Shown one piece after another: positions 15,410 to 17,198 of a DNA stretch of 17,198 nt. The DNA lies in assembly GCA_039683575.1 (NCBI GenBank), contig JBDKRC010000194.1, forward strand, positions 1 to 17,198. The letters are read 5' to 3'. The notes below the pieces were generated by a model. The model was not told where the DNA came from. It worked only from the letters and a program-made list of their open reading frames with translations, and made no database searches. The stretch is from Armatimonadia bacterium (GTDB taxonomy: Bacteria; Armatimonadota; Zipacnadia; Zipacnadales; UBA11051). Each line of letters begins with the position of its first letter. Within the stretch, counting starts at the first letter, position 1. The position numbers were made by a program, and so were the translations under genes.

Positions 15410-16192
15410 CTATGGGACCAGTAAGCGTCTGGCGTTTCCCGCGCCGATTGCCGCTATGTCGTAGCCCTGCTTTTCGAGGGCTTCCATGCGCACGAGGGCG
15501 GGTTCGGGATAGTTGAACGGGATGCCGCTGCCGAAGACTATGCGGTCGGCGCCGAGGGCGTCGATGAGCGCGAGCGCGTCCTGTGTGTATACAGCGTCGG
15601 GGCGGCAGATGTCTACCCAGTAGTTGGCGGGCAGGTCGGCCTGCTTCTTCACGAAGTCGCTGCCGCCTACGCCGAGGGCGTTGGTGACGAGAAACCTGGC
15701 CTGCCCGTGGGCGGCCGTGAGGGCTGCGAACTCGTTGAGGTTCACGTCGGGAGCGTCGATGAGCCAGTGACGCTGGCGATAGTCTTCGACGCGCTGAGGA
15801 ACGCTGATGACCATGTTAAGGGCGGTGGCGGCGTCTACGAGAGCGTGGCAGCAGGCGTCGGTTAGCTTGTACTGGTGGTAGGTCGGGTACAGGCGCAGCC
15901 CCCTGGCGCCCAGGGTTTCCGCGCACCAGGTGAGGTCCTTCTCCCAGGCGGCGTAGGCCGGGTTGATGACAGCGAAGGGGACCAGGCGGTCGGAGGAGGC
16001 AGTCTGCAGGGATTCCCACAGTTCCTCGTTGCCCGCGTGGGAATTGCGGTACATGATGGCGCTCGCGGAGGAGACCCAGGCGGACTCGATGCCCGCACGG
16101 TCCATGAGCGCGAGGAGGGCGTCCGGTGTGTTGTGCCGCAGGCGGCGGGTGGCCCAGTGGCCGAGGTAGGCGTTGGTGTCGATGAGTGTCAT
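15410..16192 (-). CDS. Amidohydrolase_2-like TIM-barrel protein with degenerate metal ligands
   Basis: LIDTNAYLG, MDRAGI, PFAVINP, RGLRLYP, LGADRIVFGSGIPF. Confidence 0.85.
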   Translation of the reverse strand: MTLIDTNAYLGHWATRRLRHNTPDALLALMDRAGIESAWVSSASAIMYRNSHAGNEELWESLQTASSDRLVPFAVINPAYAAWEKDLTWCAETLGARGLRLYPTYHQYKLTDACCHALVDAATALNMVISVPQRVEDYRQRHWLIDAPDVNLNEFAALTAAHGQARFLVTNALGVGGSDFVKKQADLPANYWVDICRPDAVYTQDALALIDALGADRIVFGSGIPFNYPEPALVRMEALEKQGYDIAAIGAGNARRLLVP

Positions 16193-16194
16193 TT

Positions 16195-16959
16195 CTATGC
16201 TCGCCCCACTAACCGCAGGTAGTTTCCGCCCCAGATTGCCTGCTTGTCTTCTGCTGAGATCTGCGCACCGCGAATTTTGCCCACTCCGGCGCTGAGGCTG
16301 CCGTCGCAGGCGAAGAGGAGTTTGTCGGCACCGATGGTTCTGACGGCCATCTCAATGAGGCCCTCGTCTACCACGCTGCCGCTCGTGTCGGCGTAGAGGC
16401 TGGGGGCCTCGGCTGTGGCCTTGATGACCCATTCCCAGTCGCCGCCGCCGCCGAGGTGGCCGACGATGAGCTTGGCCTCAGGATATGCGGCGGCCATGCG
16501 CGCGAGGTGGCCGGCGTCGGAGATGCACGGCTGGCCAGGCAGCGCGTCGGTGCAGTGGCCCTGGTGCTCCAGAACGGGGATGTCGAGGGCTATGCACTTC
16601 TCGATGATCGGCCGGAGGACTGGGTCGTCGAAGAAGTACTCGTTGTAGAGCTTCACGCCGACCATGTTCTCGACCTGCAGGCAGCGGTCAATCTCGGCGA
16701 GGGCCTCGCGGGTGTAGCCGGGGTTGACGTAGCAATAGCCCCAGATGCGGCCGGGGAACTCCTTCATCGCGGCAATGAGGCGGTCGTTGCCGGCGCGGAA
16801 GGTGTCGGGTCTCGAGGGGCGCGGGGCGAGGCAGGAGCAGACGAAGACATCAATCCCGAGGAGATCGCCGCCCTCAATCTGGGCGCGATCACGGGTTTGT
16901 TCGAAGCTCAGGGAGAAGTCCCCGGGCCAGCTAACGTGAGCGTGGGCATCAATAACCAT
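16195..16959 (-). CDS. Amidohydrolase_2 family protein
   Basis: VIDAHAH, GYCYVNP, VGVKLY, PVLEH, IVGHLGGGGDW, YADTSGS, GADKLLFACD. Confidence 0.92.
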   Translation of the reverse strand: MVIDAHAHVSWPGDFSLSFEQTRDRAQIEGGDLLGIDVFVCSCLAPRPSRPDTFRAGNDRLIAAMKEFPGRIWGYCYVNPGYTREALAEIDRCLQVENMVGVKLYNEYFFDDPVLRPIIEKCIALDIPVLEHQGHCTDALPGQPCISDAGHLARMAAAYPEAKLIVGHLGGGGDWEWVIKATAEAPSLYADTSGSVVDEGLIEMAVRTIGADKLLFACDGSLSAGVGKIRGAQISAEDKQAIWGGNYLRLVGRA

Positions 16960-17037
16960 ATGCGGTCCTAAGAGAGAGTTGTGTGAGCGTACTAACGGCT
17001 ATGTGAATCAGGGAGCGCTGGTTGGTTGGCGGGGGTT

Positions 17038-17079
17038 CGCCCGGCTGGAAGCCGGGCTCCGTTGGCGTCAACTCGCGGC
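17038..17079. repeat. Palindromic element CGCCCGGCTGGAAGCCGGGCTCC plus tail
   Basis: Near-identical to 9506-9547, same orientation. Confidence 0.8.
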
Positions 17080-17133
17080 AGGATCTCCTATTTCGCACTT
17101 TGACAATTGGTCTTCGTTTTTTCTGCAGAAGGA

Positions 17134-17165
17134 GTCTAGACATTTGTCTAGGTTTGCGTTATGCT
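17134..17165 (+). promoter_or_regulatory. Candidate promoter TAGACA-N17-TATGCT overlapped by an operator-like palindrome
   Basis: GTCTAGAC 17134-17141; CTAGACA-TT-TGTCTAG 17136-17151; -10 at 17160-17165. Confidence 0.5.
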
Positions 17166-17171
17166 TGGGGC

Positions 17172-17198
17172 ATGACAGACGATCTGATCGGCAAGTAT
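17172..17198 (+). CDS. Possible start of a divergent gene (MTDDLIGKY...), truncated by the window
   Basis: ATG 6 nt after the candidate -10 box; only 9 codons are visible. Confidence 0.35.

Overview
GC-rich bacterial chromosomal segment. Two prepilin-type N-terminal cleavage/H-X9-DG (DUF1559-like) genes point to Armatimonadota or a similar lineage (inference). + strand genes: a 5'-truncated hypothetical with a pseudopilin-like C-terminus, two DUF1559-like proteins, tatD, an SpsF-like cytidylyltransferase, a Gfo/Idh/MocA oxidoreductase, a small membrane-anchored protein, fucK, a DUF2148-like ferredoxin-domain protein and pckA. - strand genes: a sulfatase and a four-gene run (two amidohydrolases, cupin, Gfo/Idh/MocA). 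Most intergenic spaces hold clusters built from about 10 distinct short palindromic REP-like elements. Almost all are oriented the same way across the window, and they share a linker motif. One cluster of about 354 nt sits in frame inside the sulfatase coding sequence. No transposase, CRISPR array or RNA gene was found. All assignments come from reading motifs by eye; no database search was run.
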